Source: an uncultured delta proteobacterium (GTDB lineage: Bacteria; Desulfobacterota; Binatia; UBA9968). From it: a stretch of 64,000 nt of DNA. Shown piece by piece: positions 1 to 9,679 of the stretch (positions are counted from its first letter, which is position 1; the number at the start of each line of letters is the position of its first letter). A model generated the notes under the pieces. That model saw nothing but the letters and a program-made list of their open reading frames with translations. It was not told where the DNA came from and made no database searches. Both the position numbers and the translations under genes were made by a program. The stretch covers positions 1-64,000 of the forward strand of contig CAWJBB010000024.1 of assembly GCA_963840855.1 (NCBI GenBank), in the 5' to 3' direction.

Positions 1-137
1 CCAACCAGTTGGAGGTAGACCTTTCAGGCTTCCCCAACGTCGCGGCGCATTTTAAGCGCATGCAGGAGCGCCCGAGCGTCAAGAAGCTGCTCGCCTACGA
101 GAAAGGAGTGAACGAAGGCTTTGCCAAGACGGCTTAA
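1..137 (+). CDS. Glutathione S-transferase family protein, C-terminal end (5' truncated by window)
   Basis: Frame 3 reads NQLEVDLSGFPNVAAHFKRMQERPSVKKLLAYEK...TA* (TAA 135-137); the 'L..FPN..A...R...RPSV' pattern is typical of the GST C-terminal helix. Confidence 0.7.
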   Translation, partial: NQLEVDLSGFPNVAAHFKRMQERPSVKKLLAYEKGVNEGFAKTA

Positions 138-195
138 GCGATTGTCGAGGTTCGCAGATACACCCCCCGAGCAATCGAGCTTGAGGCAGCAGCCA

Positions 196-1401
196 ATGAA
201 ACGAAGCACTGAACGCATTCTTACCACCCATGTCGGCAGCCTGCCGCGGCCGGCGGACTTGCGCGCCATGTGGGCGAAACAAGCCGCCACGGCGGAGGAC
301 GAAGTCGCGTTGCAAACGCGGCTTCGCTCGGCCATCGGTGAAGTCGTGCGCACGCAGAAAGAGGTGGGCATCGACATTCCCAACGACGGCGAGTTCGGCA
401 AGCCCATGCGCGCGTCCACCGACCGGGGCGCTTGGGGCAATTACATCTTCCACCGCGTCTCCGGCTTCACGCCGACTTCGGCCGAGACCATTGCACCCGA
501 TACTGCCAACCCCGGCACGCCGATGCGCGTCGTCGGCGTGCGCTGGGAGCAGCGCGAGTTCGCTGAATTCTACGCCGACACCGGCTTGGGTGCGCCCAGC
601 ACCGCCGCGCTGCGCCCGACCTGCACCGGCCCGATCGCTTACACCGCGCAACAGTTTCTGCGCGACCAGCTCGTCAACTTGAAGCTTGCCGCCAACGCTG
701 CCGGCGTCGAGGAGGCCTTCGTGAGCGCCATCGCCCCCGGCAGCCTGGAGATGTTCTGCCGCGATCAGAACAGTTACTACCCGACCACCGAGAAATTCTT
801 AGAAGCGATTGCCGATGCGATGCGCGAAGAGTATCGCGCCATCGTCGACGCCGGCTTCATCCTCCAGCTCGATGACCCCGGTCTCCCCGGCGCCTGGGAC
901 ATGCTCGATCCCCAGCCAAGCGTCGAGGACTACCGGCGCTACGCGTCACAACGGGTTGAAATTCTGAATCACGCCCTCGAAGGCATCCCGGTCGATCGCG
1001 TGCGCTATCATATCTGCTGGGGAAGCTGGCACGGTCCGCACACCACCGATTTTCCGCTGCGCGACATCGTCGACGTCATGCTCCGTGTCGACGCCCAGGC
1101 GTATCTGATCGAAGCCGGCAACGTCCGCCACGAACATGAATACAAAGTCTGGCGCGACGTGAAACTCCCCGCCGGGAAGATCCTGATTCCGGGTGTTGTC
1201 AGCCACGCCACCGACCTCGTCGAGCACCCGGAACTGGTAGCCGATCGCCTCATCACGTTCGCTGAAATCGTCGGCCGAGAAAACGTCATCGCCGGCACCG
1301 ACTGCGGCCTGGGCGGCCGCGTCCATCCGCAAATCGCCCAAGCCAAGCTCCGTGCCCTGCGCGACGGCGCTGCCATCGCGAGCAAGAAGTTGTGGAGTTG
1401 A
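196..1401 (+). CDS. Cobalamin-independent methionine synthase II (core MetE-like) family protein
   Basis: Starts MKRSTERILTTHVGSLPRP; has DGE, LQLDDP, Zn ligands H-I-C-W and GTDCGLG; ~400 aa single barrel. ATG 196 preferred over 121. Confidence 0.9.
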   Translation: MKRSTERILTTHVGSLPRPADLRAMWAKQAATAEDEVALQTRLRSAIGEVVRTQKEVGIDIPNDGEFGKPMRASTDRGAWGNYIFHRVSGFTPTSAETIAPDTANPGTPMRVVGVRWEQREFAEFYADTGLGAPSTAALRPTCTGPIAYTAQQFLRDQLVNLKLAANAAGVEEAFVSAIAPGSLEMFCRDQNSYYPTTEKFLEAIADAMREEYRAIVDAGFILQLDDPGLPGAWDMLDPQPSVEDYRRYASQRVEILNHALEGIPVDRVRYHICWGSWHGPHTTDFPLRDIVDVMLRVDAQAYLIEAGNVRHEHEYKVWRDVKLPAGKILIPGVVSHATDLVEHPELVADRLITFAEIVGRENVIAGTDCGLGGRVHPQIAQAKLRALRDGAAIASKKLWS

Positions 1402-1501
1402 ATTCAAAAGTGCTGGCTTCGTTCGAGTGTAGGGAGTTTGTTTCTCCTTAATTCTCCTCGCTTGTGGTATTATCGCGGCCAAACATTGCGAGCTGACCGA
1501 T

Positions 1502-2239
1502 ATGCAAGCCGACCATTTCGATGTTTATGACATCGATGGAACTCTGACAATACCAGGCCATGACCTTTGGTATCTGTGCACGAGGAATCTTTCCGCGGAT
1601 AAAGATCTATTTGACAGGTATGTTGCCGAATGGAAGAGCGAAATTCAGAATGGAAAGGCTCCTTTTGATCGTTCTCTCACAATGATGAAGAGAGGCTTGG
1701 CACTTCTCAAAAATGGTGTCAGCTCCGAGCTGGTTGCCGATGAAGTTCAGCGAATAGCCAGCAATTTGATTGATGAGGAATTAGTCTGGCAGGAGGCGAT
1801 TAATTTTCTAAAGAGCAGAGTACGCGCTGGGAGCGGGGCGGTCTTTTCGACCACGAATTATCACGAGGGAGCTGTTGGGTTTCTCTTTGCTTTGCACCTC
1901 AGAGGTTGGATCAGCCAGACGGAATTGAAAAAAGTCGTCGTATCGGGTTCGAGGATTGATTGGAGCTCCAGGACTGTTGTTCATTTCAACATGGGTCCCA
2001 ACAAAGTTATGGGTCTGGTGGACGCCTTAGGAATCAGCGAAGAGGTAGTGAAAGCTAAGATAGACTACGTTTTCGGGGATGATCCCTCGGGCAGCGACCG
2101 AGAGTTGTTGGAGATTGCATCTTATCCCTATGTTATTAAGAATGAAAAAAATCGCCATTTGAATTTGCCCGATCGTGTAAAGTTGGTTACGTGGTCAGAG
2201 GTTGAAGCAATCCGTGTCAGAATCGACAGTGTTGCATAG
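1502..2239 (+). CDS. HAD-superfamily hydrolase
   Basis: Motif I DIDGTLT, motif II STT, Lys in GPNK, motif IV GDDPSGSD; visibly lower GC than flanking genes. Confidence 0.75.
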   Translation: MQADHFDVYDIDGTLTIPGHDLWYLCTRNLSADKDLFDRYVAEWKSEIQNGKAPFDRSLTMMKRGLALLKNGVSSELVADEVQRIASNLIDEELVWQEAINFLKSRVRAGSGAVFSTTNYHEGAVGFLFALHLRGWISQTELKKVVVSGSRIDWSSRTVVHFNMGPNKVMGLVDALGISEEVVKAKIDYVFGDDPSGSDRELLEIASYPYVIKNEKNRHLNLPDRVKLVTWSEVEAIRVRIDSVA

Positions 2240-2295
2240 TGACCCTGCGCGCAAGTAGCCCGAGTCGTCATTCTCAGTAGCCAACCATCCCGCCA

Positions 2296-2889
2296 CTAAT
2301 GTGGCCCGGATTCAGCAATCTTCGGGAGGAATGGATGAAACGTAAATTCGATTTCGCCCGCGCTCTGGTTCTCGTTGCGCTTCTGCCTGGTGATCTGGAT
2401 CGTGGCAAACCTGGGCTGAGCAGCGTTGATGAGATACACACTCATCGCGGTTAAATGCCGGTTCTCGAGCGTGAGCCTGTGGGGACCGGCCGCGAGCGGG
2501 TCGAAGATTGCAGAGAATTCAATCTGAATTGTTCCCGAACCGGTGCGGAGCTCTGCAGGCGGGACGAATTCAGACGCGGTGAGTTTCAATTCTAAATCTC
2601 GCCCGTCCATGCGCAGGGTGAGATCGCGCTTCAGCAACTCGGCATAGACTGCCGCTTCGTTCTTGGAAATCGCGCCGTCGCGGTTGCGGTCGATCTCGGC
2701 GATCACCTGTTCGGCGACAGCCACGCCCGGCGTAAGGTTGATTTGCAGCCGAACGCCACTCGGTTCGATGGCCATAAGCGTGGCTTGTAGATACTGGTCA
2801 TCCCGATGGGCGAAAACGGCGGACGGAAACGCAAATAACGCGAGCAGCAGCGGCAGACGACAAAGTTTCCTGGTCACGGCTTCCACCAT
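2296..2889 (-). CDS. Secreted hypothetical protein with EF-hand-like loop (DUF3500 partner)
   Basis: Signal peptide ending AFA-H; DRNRDGAISKNE EF-hand-like loop; overlaps the end of the DUF3500 gene. Confidence 0.7.
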   Translation of the reverse strand: MVEAVTRKLCRLPLLLALFAFPSAVFAHRDDQYLQATLMAIEPSGVRLQINLTPGVAVAEQVIAEIDRNRDGAISKNEAAVYAELLKRDLTLRMDGRDLELKLTASEFVPPAELRTGSGTIQIEFSAIFDPLAAGPHRLTLENRHLTAMSVYLINAAQPRFATIQITRQKRNENQSAGEIEFTFHPFLPKIAESGPH

Positions 2890-3890
2890 TTTACTCCATA
2901 ATCGTTCGTTGGATCGCGGTAAATCGTGTGGATGTGTTTTGTCGCGTCGCCCCCCAAGCGCTGTGGGGCGTATTCGATGATTACCGTCGGCCCTTGGATG
3001 CGGAAGTAAGCGGCGCCGCCTTTTTCAGTTGGGCCGCTCCACGCGAACCAGGTTTCGGCGATATTCTTTCTCATCTCGTCCATTTTCGCTTTCGCGACAG
3101 CTTCGTGCATGATGCCGGTCCATTCGCTGGCGAGATCCAACAGCATCTGGCGCTGCTTCTCGGTCAGGGCCGAGCCTTTGATTCCTTCCGGCTGAATCGT
3201 CTGCCCGTCGCGGCCGGGTCCGAGTACAAGGTCGCGCATCTGGAAGTCAAGGATGGCCTGCTTGCGCTGCGCTTCGTCCAGCGAACTAAGCAGGGCAAAC
3301 GCCTTGTCAGTCTCGCGACCGAGGGGGCGCACCGTCTTGCCTTCGAGTTCGTAAATCGCCGGCTGCGCGCCGGTGTGGCTGGGGGCCAGCGTGCGTTGCT
3401 CGCTGGCAAGCGTGATATTGAGGCCGAGATGGTGCCCGCCGAACTGAATCATCCAGGGCTCGGTGGTGGAAGGCTGGCCGAGGAACGAGACATAATATTC
3501 ATCGCGCCCGAACATCGTCTGGCCGCTCGATGTTCTCAACAACTCGTCGGCCTCGACGATCTGCAGAACCTTCTCGTACCCCTGCGGACTCAAGGCCGCC
3601 GCCAGAACCGCCAGCACGCCTTCGCGCTGCGGTTTTGTGAGGTCGCCGATGCGCAAGCCCTGCCGTTTGAAGATTGCTGTCGGAAGATTCGACCAGCGCT
3701 TGCGCTGCGCCTCATCTTTGAAATCAAAGACGACCTTGCCACGCTGGGCATCGTCAAGCGTGGCGAGGAATTTTTTCGTGGCTGCGACGATACCCGCGGT
3801 CGGCGCGCCGGGGGTAGAGTTCGCCTGAGCAAAGCTGTTTAACCCAGTGCCGAATAACAGGATCAAAACCAGCCCAATCTTTTGGTTCAT
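2874..3890 (-). CDS. DUF3500 domain-containing secreted protein
   Basis: RWSNLP, LSPQGY, QFGGHHLGLN, YFRIQGP, HIHTIYRDP motifs; signal peptide from MNQKIG (ATG 3890). Confidence 0.85.
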   Translation of the reverse strand: MNQKIGLVLILLFGTGLNSFAQANSTPGAPTAGIVAATKKFLATLDDAQRGKVVFDFKDEAQRKRWSNLPTAIFKRQGLRIGDLTKPQREGVLAVLAAALSPQGYEKVLQIVEADELLRTSSGQTMFGRDEYYVSFLGQPSTTEPWMIQFGGHHLGLNITLASEQRTLAPSHTGAQPAIYELEGKTVRPLGRETDKAFALLSSLDEAQRKQAILDFQMRDLVLGPGRDGQTIQPEGIKGSALTEKQRQMLLDLASEWTGIMHEAVAKAKMDEMRKNIAETWFAWSGPTEKGGAAYFRIQGPTVIIEYAPQRLGGDATKHIHTIYRDPTNDYGVKWWKP

Positions 3891-4127
3891 CGCTAAATTG
3901 AAACCTAATCCCAGCCACGGGTCAACACGCACGAGAGTTTATCGAATATATCCGAAACAGTGGAGTTAGCTCCGGACGGTCGGATTGCTGCGGGAAATCG
4001 AACGCTCGTCTCGGATGTGGCTTTGTCGCCTTAGCGACTGGGACATGAGTAGCGGGCCTTATGCGTGTCTGTCTCAAATACGCTCGTTAGGCCGTGATCT
4101 AGCCGTTGGCCGTGAACAGGCTACCGG

Positions 4128-5627
4128 TCATGTGAGGTCGGGCTCGGCCCATGCCTTCGATCGCCCAACCGCTTGGTGCCAATGGCGACGGAGCTTTTCC
4201 ATTTCCTCAGTTGCTCTCCCTGGCCGGAACTCCCTCTCAACTTTCCAGAGCGCTTGAATCTCTTCCAGATCCTTCCAAAAGCCAACGGCTAGACCCGCCA
4301 GAAATGCCGCTCCGAGAGACGTCGATTCCGCCCTGGCAGACCGAACGACCGGGATGCCCAGCAGGTCCGCCTGGAACTGTAGCAGCGTGTCGTTCCGCGC
4401 AGCTCCGCCATCGACTCGCAAGATTTCAATCGGAATGCCGGAATCCTCTTGCATTGCGTTCAACAGGTCCGCCACCTGGTACGCAATGCTTTCGAGCGCC
4501 GCCCGCGCGATGTGCCCGGGCTTTGTTCCACGAGTGATTCCGATGATGGCGCCGCGAGCAAGCGGATCCCAGTGCGGCGCTCCAAGTCCGGTGAATGCCG
4601 GGACCACATAGACACCGCCGTTATCCGGGACACTCAAAGCCAGCGCTTCGACTTCGTCCGCAGTTTTGATTATTCCGAGTCCATCCCTCAGCCATTGCAC
4701 GACCGAACCGGCAGCGAAGACACTACCCTCCATCGCATATTCAAGTTTGTTATCTCTTCGCCACGCCACAGTGGTGAGCAGGCGGTTCTTTGATTGCTTG
4801 GGCTCTGCGCCGAGAGTCTGCAACAGGAACGCTCCGGTGCCGTAAGTGCATTTGGCCATACCCGGACGGAAGCATGCTTGTCCGAATAAGGCTGCCTGCT
4901 GGTCTCCGGCCACGCCGCCGATCGGGACGCCGCCGAGCGCGAGACTGGTCGACACATGAGCATCATTGCTGATCGAAGAGCGCACCTCGGGGAGCAGAGA
5001 AACGGGAATATTCATCGCATCCAACAGCTCCCGGTCCCAGGCTCCTCCATGTATGTTGAACAGCATGGTACGCGAGGCGTTGCTGGCATCGATCGTGTGC
5101 AACTTCCCGCTGGTCAGATTCCATATCAACCAGCTGTCAACGGTCCCAAAAGCCAGTTCTCCGGCATTTGCCATCTCCCGCGCGCCTTGCACATTTTCGA
5201 GAATCCACATGATCTTACTAGCAGAGAAGTAAGCATCGATCAGCAATCCCGTCTTCTGTCTGACCGGTTCTTCGAGACCCTGCTCCCAGAGCTTTTTGCA
5301 GATGGGCGCCGTGCGCCGGTCTTGCCATACAATCGCGTTGTGCACCGGTTTACCTGTCTTGCGCTCCCACACAATCGTCGTCTCGCGCTGATTCGTGATG
5401 CCGAGGGCGGCAACGTCCCGCGGACGGGCATTGGCTCGACTCAGCGCTTCTACGGCAACGCTCATCTGCGATGCCCAAATCTCCTCCGGATCATGCTCGA
5501 CCCAACCGGCTTGCGGGTAAATCTGTTCTAACTCGCGTTGCGCGATGCTGCGGATCGTTCCATCCTCATCGTAAAGAATCGCCCGAGAACTTGTCGTTCC
5601 CTGATCCAACGCAAGGACGTATTCCAT
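4128..5627 (-). CDS. glpK: Glycerol kinase
   Basis: [61 protein letters not shown]; 499 aa. Confidence 0.97.
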   Translation of the reverse strand: MEYVLALDQGTTSSRAILYDEDGTIRSIAQRELEQIYPQAGWVEHDPEEIWASQMSVAVEALSRANARPRDVAALGITNQRETTIVWERKTGKPVHNAIVWQDRRTAPICKKLWEQGLEEPVRQKTGLLIDAYFSASKIMWILENVQGAREMANAGELAFGTVDSWLIWNLTSGKLHTIDASNASRTMLFNIHGGAWDRELLDAMNIPVSLLPEVRSSISNDAHVSTSLALGGVPIGGVAGDQQAALFGQACFRPGMAKCTYGTGAFLLQTLGAEPKQSKNRLLTTVAWRRDNKLEYAMEGSVFAAGSVVQWLRDGLGIIKTADEVEALALSVPDNGGVYVVPAFTGLGAPHWDPLARGAIIGITRGTKPGHIARAALESIAYQVADLLNAMQEDSGIPIEILRVDGGAARNDTLLQFQADLLGIPVVRSARAESTSLGAAFLAGLAVGFWKDLEEIQALWKVEREFRPGRATEEMEKLRRHWHQAVGRSKAWAEPDLT

Positions 5628-5774
5628 GATTTTGCTCCCTTACGAGAAACACTTCGTAGGCCAAATCGATGTTTTACACGCTTTTGAAAAACTTGGAAGT
5701 GCTTTGAGAAAATCGGCACGAACGGAAAACGCCGCCAGTACAATGGGCGATTTTCTATGTGACGCCATTCTCGC

Positions 5775-5784
5775 TTGTATACAA
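5775..5784. promoter_or_regulatory. Palindrome TTGTATACAA, candidate GntR/FadR-type operator
   Basis: Perfect 10-bp palindrome in the divergent glpK/nitroreductase intergenic region, 12 bp upstream of the -35 box. Confidence 0.4.
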
Positions 5785-5796
5785 ACACTCATATGC

Positions 5797-5825
5797 TTGA
5801 CGGGTCGCGGGTTCGACGATACAGT
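5797..5825 (+). promoter_or_regulatory. Sigma70-type promoter for the nitroreductase gene
   Basis: TTGACG (5797-5802)-N17-TACAGT (5820-5825); AGGAG RBS before ATG 5876. Confidence 0.6.
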
Positions 5826-5875
5826 ACTAAGGATTTGCTATAAACATTAACGGCACAAGACCAGGAGATAAAATC

Positions 5876-6472
5876 ATGGCAACCACAACGGAGCGCCCTC
5901 TCGCTGATGCGCTCACCGCAATCAAGACACGCCGCTCGGTGAAGGAGTACGTTTCCACCGAGATTCCTCGGGAGTGGATCGAGGAGCTACTCGACGCCGC
6001 CCACTGGGCACCCAACCACAAATTGACCCATCCGTGGCGTTTTCACGTGTTCTCCGGAGAGGGGCGCGAGCGATTGGTCGGAGCCCGACAGGCGGCGGTA
6101 CGTTGGGCTGCGGAGAAAAAGGGTCAGCAGGCGAGCGAAGAGGCTCTCGGCTTCGCTCGGGCTAAGTGTTATTCGTCATCAGTCATCATCGTCGTTTCCA
6201 TGGTGGGCGATGAGAACAAAATCGTTGACCAGGAGAACTTCGCGGCCTGCTGGTGCGCGATTCAGAACCTGCTGGTCGCCGCGAGCGCGCGAGGCCTGGG
6301 CAGCTATCCCAGCACGGGCGCCTGGATCGACCAAAACTTCGTTGGCCCAGTCCTCGGACTCACAGAGAAAGAACGGCCCGTGGCGTGCATTTTCTTGGGG
6401 TACTCTGATCAGAAGACTATGGCCAAGCGCCTGCCCGTGGAGCGCCATACCACCTGGTACACCGAGGCCTGA
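5876..6472 (+). CDS. Nitroreductase family protein (YdjA-like)
   Basis: IKTRRSVK, AAHWAPNHKLTHPWRF, AIQNLLVAASARGLGSYPSTG. Confidence 0.92.
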   Translation: MATTTERPLADALTAIKTRRSVKEYVSTEIPREWIEELLDAAHWAPNHKLTHPWRFHVFSGEGRERLVGARQAAVRWAAEKKGQQASEEALGFARAKCYSSSVIIVVSMVGDENKIVDQENFAACWCAIQNLLVAASARGLGSYPSTGAWIDQNFVGPVLGLTEKERPVACIFLGYSDQKTMAKRLPVERHTTWYTEA

Positions 6473-6495
6473 AGGGAGTTTAAGGGGACCGGCTA

Positions 6496-7058
6496 CACTG
6501 CTATCCAAAATAATCTAAGTTGCACGATCTCCTTTACATGAAATCAAGGATTTAAGACGGGTTAAAGCGCTCTTTGGCATTGAGGTTGTCGTTTCCTGTT
6601 GTTCAACGTTTCTATTCGAGCAGTGTCATTTGCTCGCCCTGTGGAATCAAGATCGGAATTTCAAAGGGCGCATCAAGCCAGGCCCACAAATCGCGGTAAC
6701 TCAACAGATTAAATCGCAGCAGGGCAGCCAAATTCGATAGGCTCCAAGCCCAGGTGGACTTGAGCTGAAGGTATTTAAGCAACAGCATGGCGATCAATGC
6801 TGTCCAAATCTGCACGTTCACAGCGTTGTCACTGGTTCCCACAAAGGTCTTGATCTTTAGGTTCTGCTTGAGCGCCTTGAAAAATAATTCGATCTGCCAT
6901 CGATCGCTCCGATCGTGCTTGCCGCGAGGTGAAAAATATTACTGAGAAAGACCAACTCACGCTCGTTCGGCATCCCATCCCACCACTTGCCGCAACCGGC
7001 TCGTGCAACGCTCCCGCGCATGCTCGCTCGTTAACTCAATGGTCTGGTCTTTCTTGAC
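6496..7058 (-). mobile_element. IS4-family insertion sequence remnant (3' part of transposase plus probable right end)
   Basis: Minus strand gives VKKDQTIEL...LRQV...LVFLSN...RWQIELFFKALKQNLKIKTFVGTSDNAVNVQIWTALIA across frameshifts (IS4 Y-R-E-K region). CACTGCTATCCAAAATAA at 6496-6513 resembles an IS4 end. Confidence 0.85.
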
Positions 7059-7287
7059 GTTGCCTCGTTTCGCCACCGCGTGCTTTTCCAGCACTTTATA
7101 CAGCATGTTGGTTTATCGTCGGCGTCAAAGAAAGGCAACCAACAAATCTTCAAGGCGCGAAAATGAGTCATGGGATTGAAGTCTATGAGGCTCTCGCGAT
7201 ACAGTCCCAGTCTGCGCTGCCGGAGTGCCAGGGGTCCGAGCCTGTTCGATATTTTGGGCCAATTGCCCATGTGCAGGAGACTTAACC

Positions 7288-8238
7288 ATGCCTAGTCCCA
7301 AATTGCGCTTTTATTTCCGCGAACCGACCATCGACACGAACATTCCGATCACCGACGGCACGATCAAAATCGAAGGCTTCGAATGGGAATTTGTCCCCAA
7401 GGAAGATGACGCCGACGCCTGGGATTGCGGCTTTGCCGCCCGCTTACGCGCTCACGCAACCAACCAGCCGCATATTTCCATCCCGGCTTTTCCCAATCGG
7501 AAATTCCGCCAGGCCTATATCTTCGTCAACAGCAAGGCCGGCATCGAAGCGGCGAAGGACTTGGAAGGCAGACGCGTCGGCATCATGCAGTGGGACAACA
7601 CCGCAGGTGTCTGGGCGCGGGGCGCGTTGCAGCATTACTACGGCGTCGATCTCAAACGCATCAACTGGCTATCGCCGCGCGTAAAGAAAGAGGGTGTGGC
7701 GGATGGATTTCGCATCGAAAAGATCGATGCCGCAGGCAACGCGGACACGATGCTCGATAATCTGTTGGTCGAAGGCAAAATCGACGCGGTGATCGGCCCC
7801 AACGTTTTACCATCGATCTCGGCGCGCGATCCGCGCACGCGCCGGCTGTTCCGCGACTACCGCGCCGAAGAACAAAACTATTTTAGAAAGACCGGCATTT
7901 TCCCCACCAGTCACATAGTGACGTTGAAACAAGCTTTTGTCGATAAGCATGCCAACGCGCCGGTGGCGCTGCTCAAGGCGTTTCGCGCGTCGCGCGACGA
8001 AGCCTTCAATCGCCTCGAAGGTCCCGACCCACAGGTGATAGTCTACCCATGGATGGCGGCGGCGATCGCCGAGCAGCGGGAACTCATGGGCGAAAACTAT
8101 TGGTCGTACAACGTCGCCGATAACCGCAACGAGCTCGAAGCCATCACCCAGTACGGTTTCGAGCAAGGCCTATCGCCGGCGAAAATCGATTACAGGTCGT
8201 TTTTCCATCCCGAGGCGGCGGCGTTAGAGGGTACCTAG
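7288..8238 (+). CDS. 4,5-dihydroxyphthalate decarboxylase-like (PBP2 fold) protein
   Basis: IPAFPNRKFR, DLEGRRVGI, TAGVWARGALQHYYGVD, RRLFRDY, TGIFPTSHIV; AGGAG RBS; no signal peptide. Confidence 0.8.
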   Translation: MPSPKLRFYFREPTIDTNIPITDGTIKIEGFEWEFVPKEDDADAWDCGFAARLRAHATNQPHISIPAFPNRKFRQAYIFVNSKAGIEAAKDLEGRRVGIMQWDNTAGVWARGALQHYYGVDLKRINWLSPRVKKEGVADGFRIEKIDAAGNADTMLDNLLVEGKIDAVIGPNVLPSISARDPRTRRLFRDYRAEEQNYFRKTGIFPTSHIVTLKQAFVDKHANAPVALLKAFRASRDEAFNRLEGPDPQVIVYPWMAAAIAEQRELMGENYWSYNVADNRNELEAITQYGFEQGLSPAKIDYRSFFHPEAAALEGT

Positions 8239-8435
8239 ACGCGGTTGACGGTTCCGCGTTCGAAATTTGGACCCGAAACATTAGAAACCGGCACGCGGAA
8301 CCTATATATATGGCAGGTATTGAAACCCACTCCGTTCGCTCTTCGTGAGCCTCAGGGCGATTTGTCAATGAATTTTAGTTCCAGGACACTAGTAGGCTTT
8401 TGCGTTATCGCCCCGTAGGTTATAATGATGTCATT

Positions 8436-9455
8436 ATGAAATCCAAACAATCCTTGCTGCCGTCGTCCGTGACATCTTTGCTTTTGCTTGCTCTCTGGCT
8501 ATTCAGTGGGCCGGTATACGCCGCCGAGAACATCAAAAAACTCAGATTGGCCTATGCCGGTTGGGAACTGGGAACCGCAGTCTCCTACGTCGGCGTCGAC
8601 GCCGGCCTGTTCAAGAAAAATGGTTTGAACATAGAAGAGATCCCGATACGGGACACGCTCTCGGCGGGAGTTCAATCACTGCTCGGAGTCGATTTACTGA
8701 TTGGTTTCGGTAGTCCCTTGGCGATCTTGCAACCGGTGGCGGCGGGCGCTGATATCACGCTTATCGGCACGCATGTGAGCTTGGATGAATTCGGCATGGG
8801 GGTTGGAAATGGGATTACTAGCGTTAAGGATTTGAAAGGTAAAAAGGTCGGTGTCTCGGCGCTCGGCTCAAGGTCCGATTTGGTTGCCCGGGTCATTCTG
8901 CGCCGGGCAGGGCTCGACCCGGCGCGAGATGTCGAAGTCGTTGCCGCAGGTTTGTCGCCCGCGCGTGCCCTGGCGGTTTCGAAGAATTTGGTTCAAGGCG
9001 CGCCGTTGACCCGCGAGGTTGCCGACGAGGCGAAAAAGTTGGGGATCAAAATTCTCGAACTCAATACGGTGCCGATTGTTACCGATATGTTCATCACCAC
9101 GCGCTCTTATGTAAAACGCGAAGAGGAAACGATGCGGCGCTTCATGAAAGGCTACGCCGCGGCCATTCATCATTTTGTCACCCGCCGCGACGAGAGCTTG
9201 ACGATCCTAAAAAAATATTTCCCGGCGAGCCAGGGTCTAAGTCTGGATGCCATGTACGACAGCTTCCTGCCGCGCCTGCGGCCGTTGCCGGAACTTAATC
9301 GCGAAGCGATCCAGGCTCTAGTGGACGTGGGCCCGGTTGTGGATCAAAAGACCAAATCCCTGAAGCCCGCGGATATTATGGAACCTCGCTTTCTCGACGA
9401 ACTCAAAGGGAGCAGGTTTCTCAAGGATCTCTACACCGAAAAAGTCAGCCTCTAG
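8436..9455 (+). CDS. ABC transporter substrate-binding protein, NMT1/SsuA-like
   Basis: Signal peptide; GLFKKNGL, DLKGKKVGVS, GLDPARDV. TATAAT at 8421-8426 lies just upstream. Confidence 0.88.
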   Translation: MKSKQSLLPSSVTSLLLLALWLFSGPVYAAENIKKLRLAYAGWELGTAVSYVGVDAGLFKKNGLNIEEIPIRDTLSAGVQSLLGVDLLIGFGSPLAILQPVAAGADITLIGTHVSLDEFGMGVGNGITSVKDLKGKKVGVSALGSRSDLVARVILRRAGLDPARDVEVVAAGLSPARALAVSKNLVQGAPLTREVADEAKKLGIKILELNTVPIVTDMFITTRSYVKREEETMRRFMKGYAAAIHHFVTRRDESLTILKKYFPASQGLSLDAMYDSFLPRLRPLPELNREAIQALVDVGPVVDQKTKSLKPADIMEPRFLDELKGSRFLKDLYTEKVSL

Positions 9456-9597
9456 CGGACTGCTGAAAAAGACTCACCTCGCTCCAATTCGTTTTCGTGG
9501 TACGTGGTCGTGCTCGTGCAGAATTCACGGTCACGTTTTCACGGCCACGATCACGATGAATGCGCGCCGTGCGTTCGAGATTTTTTGAACGGCCCGC
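9455..9597. repeat. MITE-like element with imperfect terminal inverted repeats and internal hexamer repeats
   Basis: GCGGACTGCTGAAAAA (9455-9470) versus TTTTTGAACGGCCCGC (9582-9597), 12/16 complementary; internal CGTGNT units followed by CACG units. Confidence 0.55.
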
Positions 9598-9679
9598 GCA
9601 CGGCATTGTTCTGCACCCGACTAGACGTTTAAGCGGGTGTTTGCTATGCAGCAAGAAGACACATCCACGGAGGAAATAT

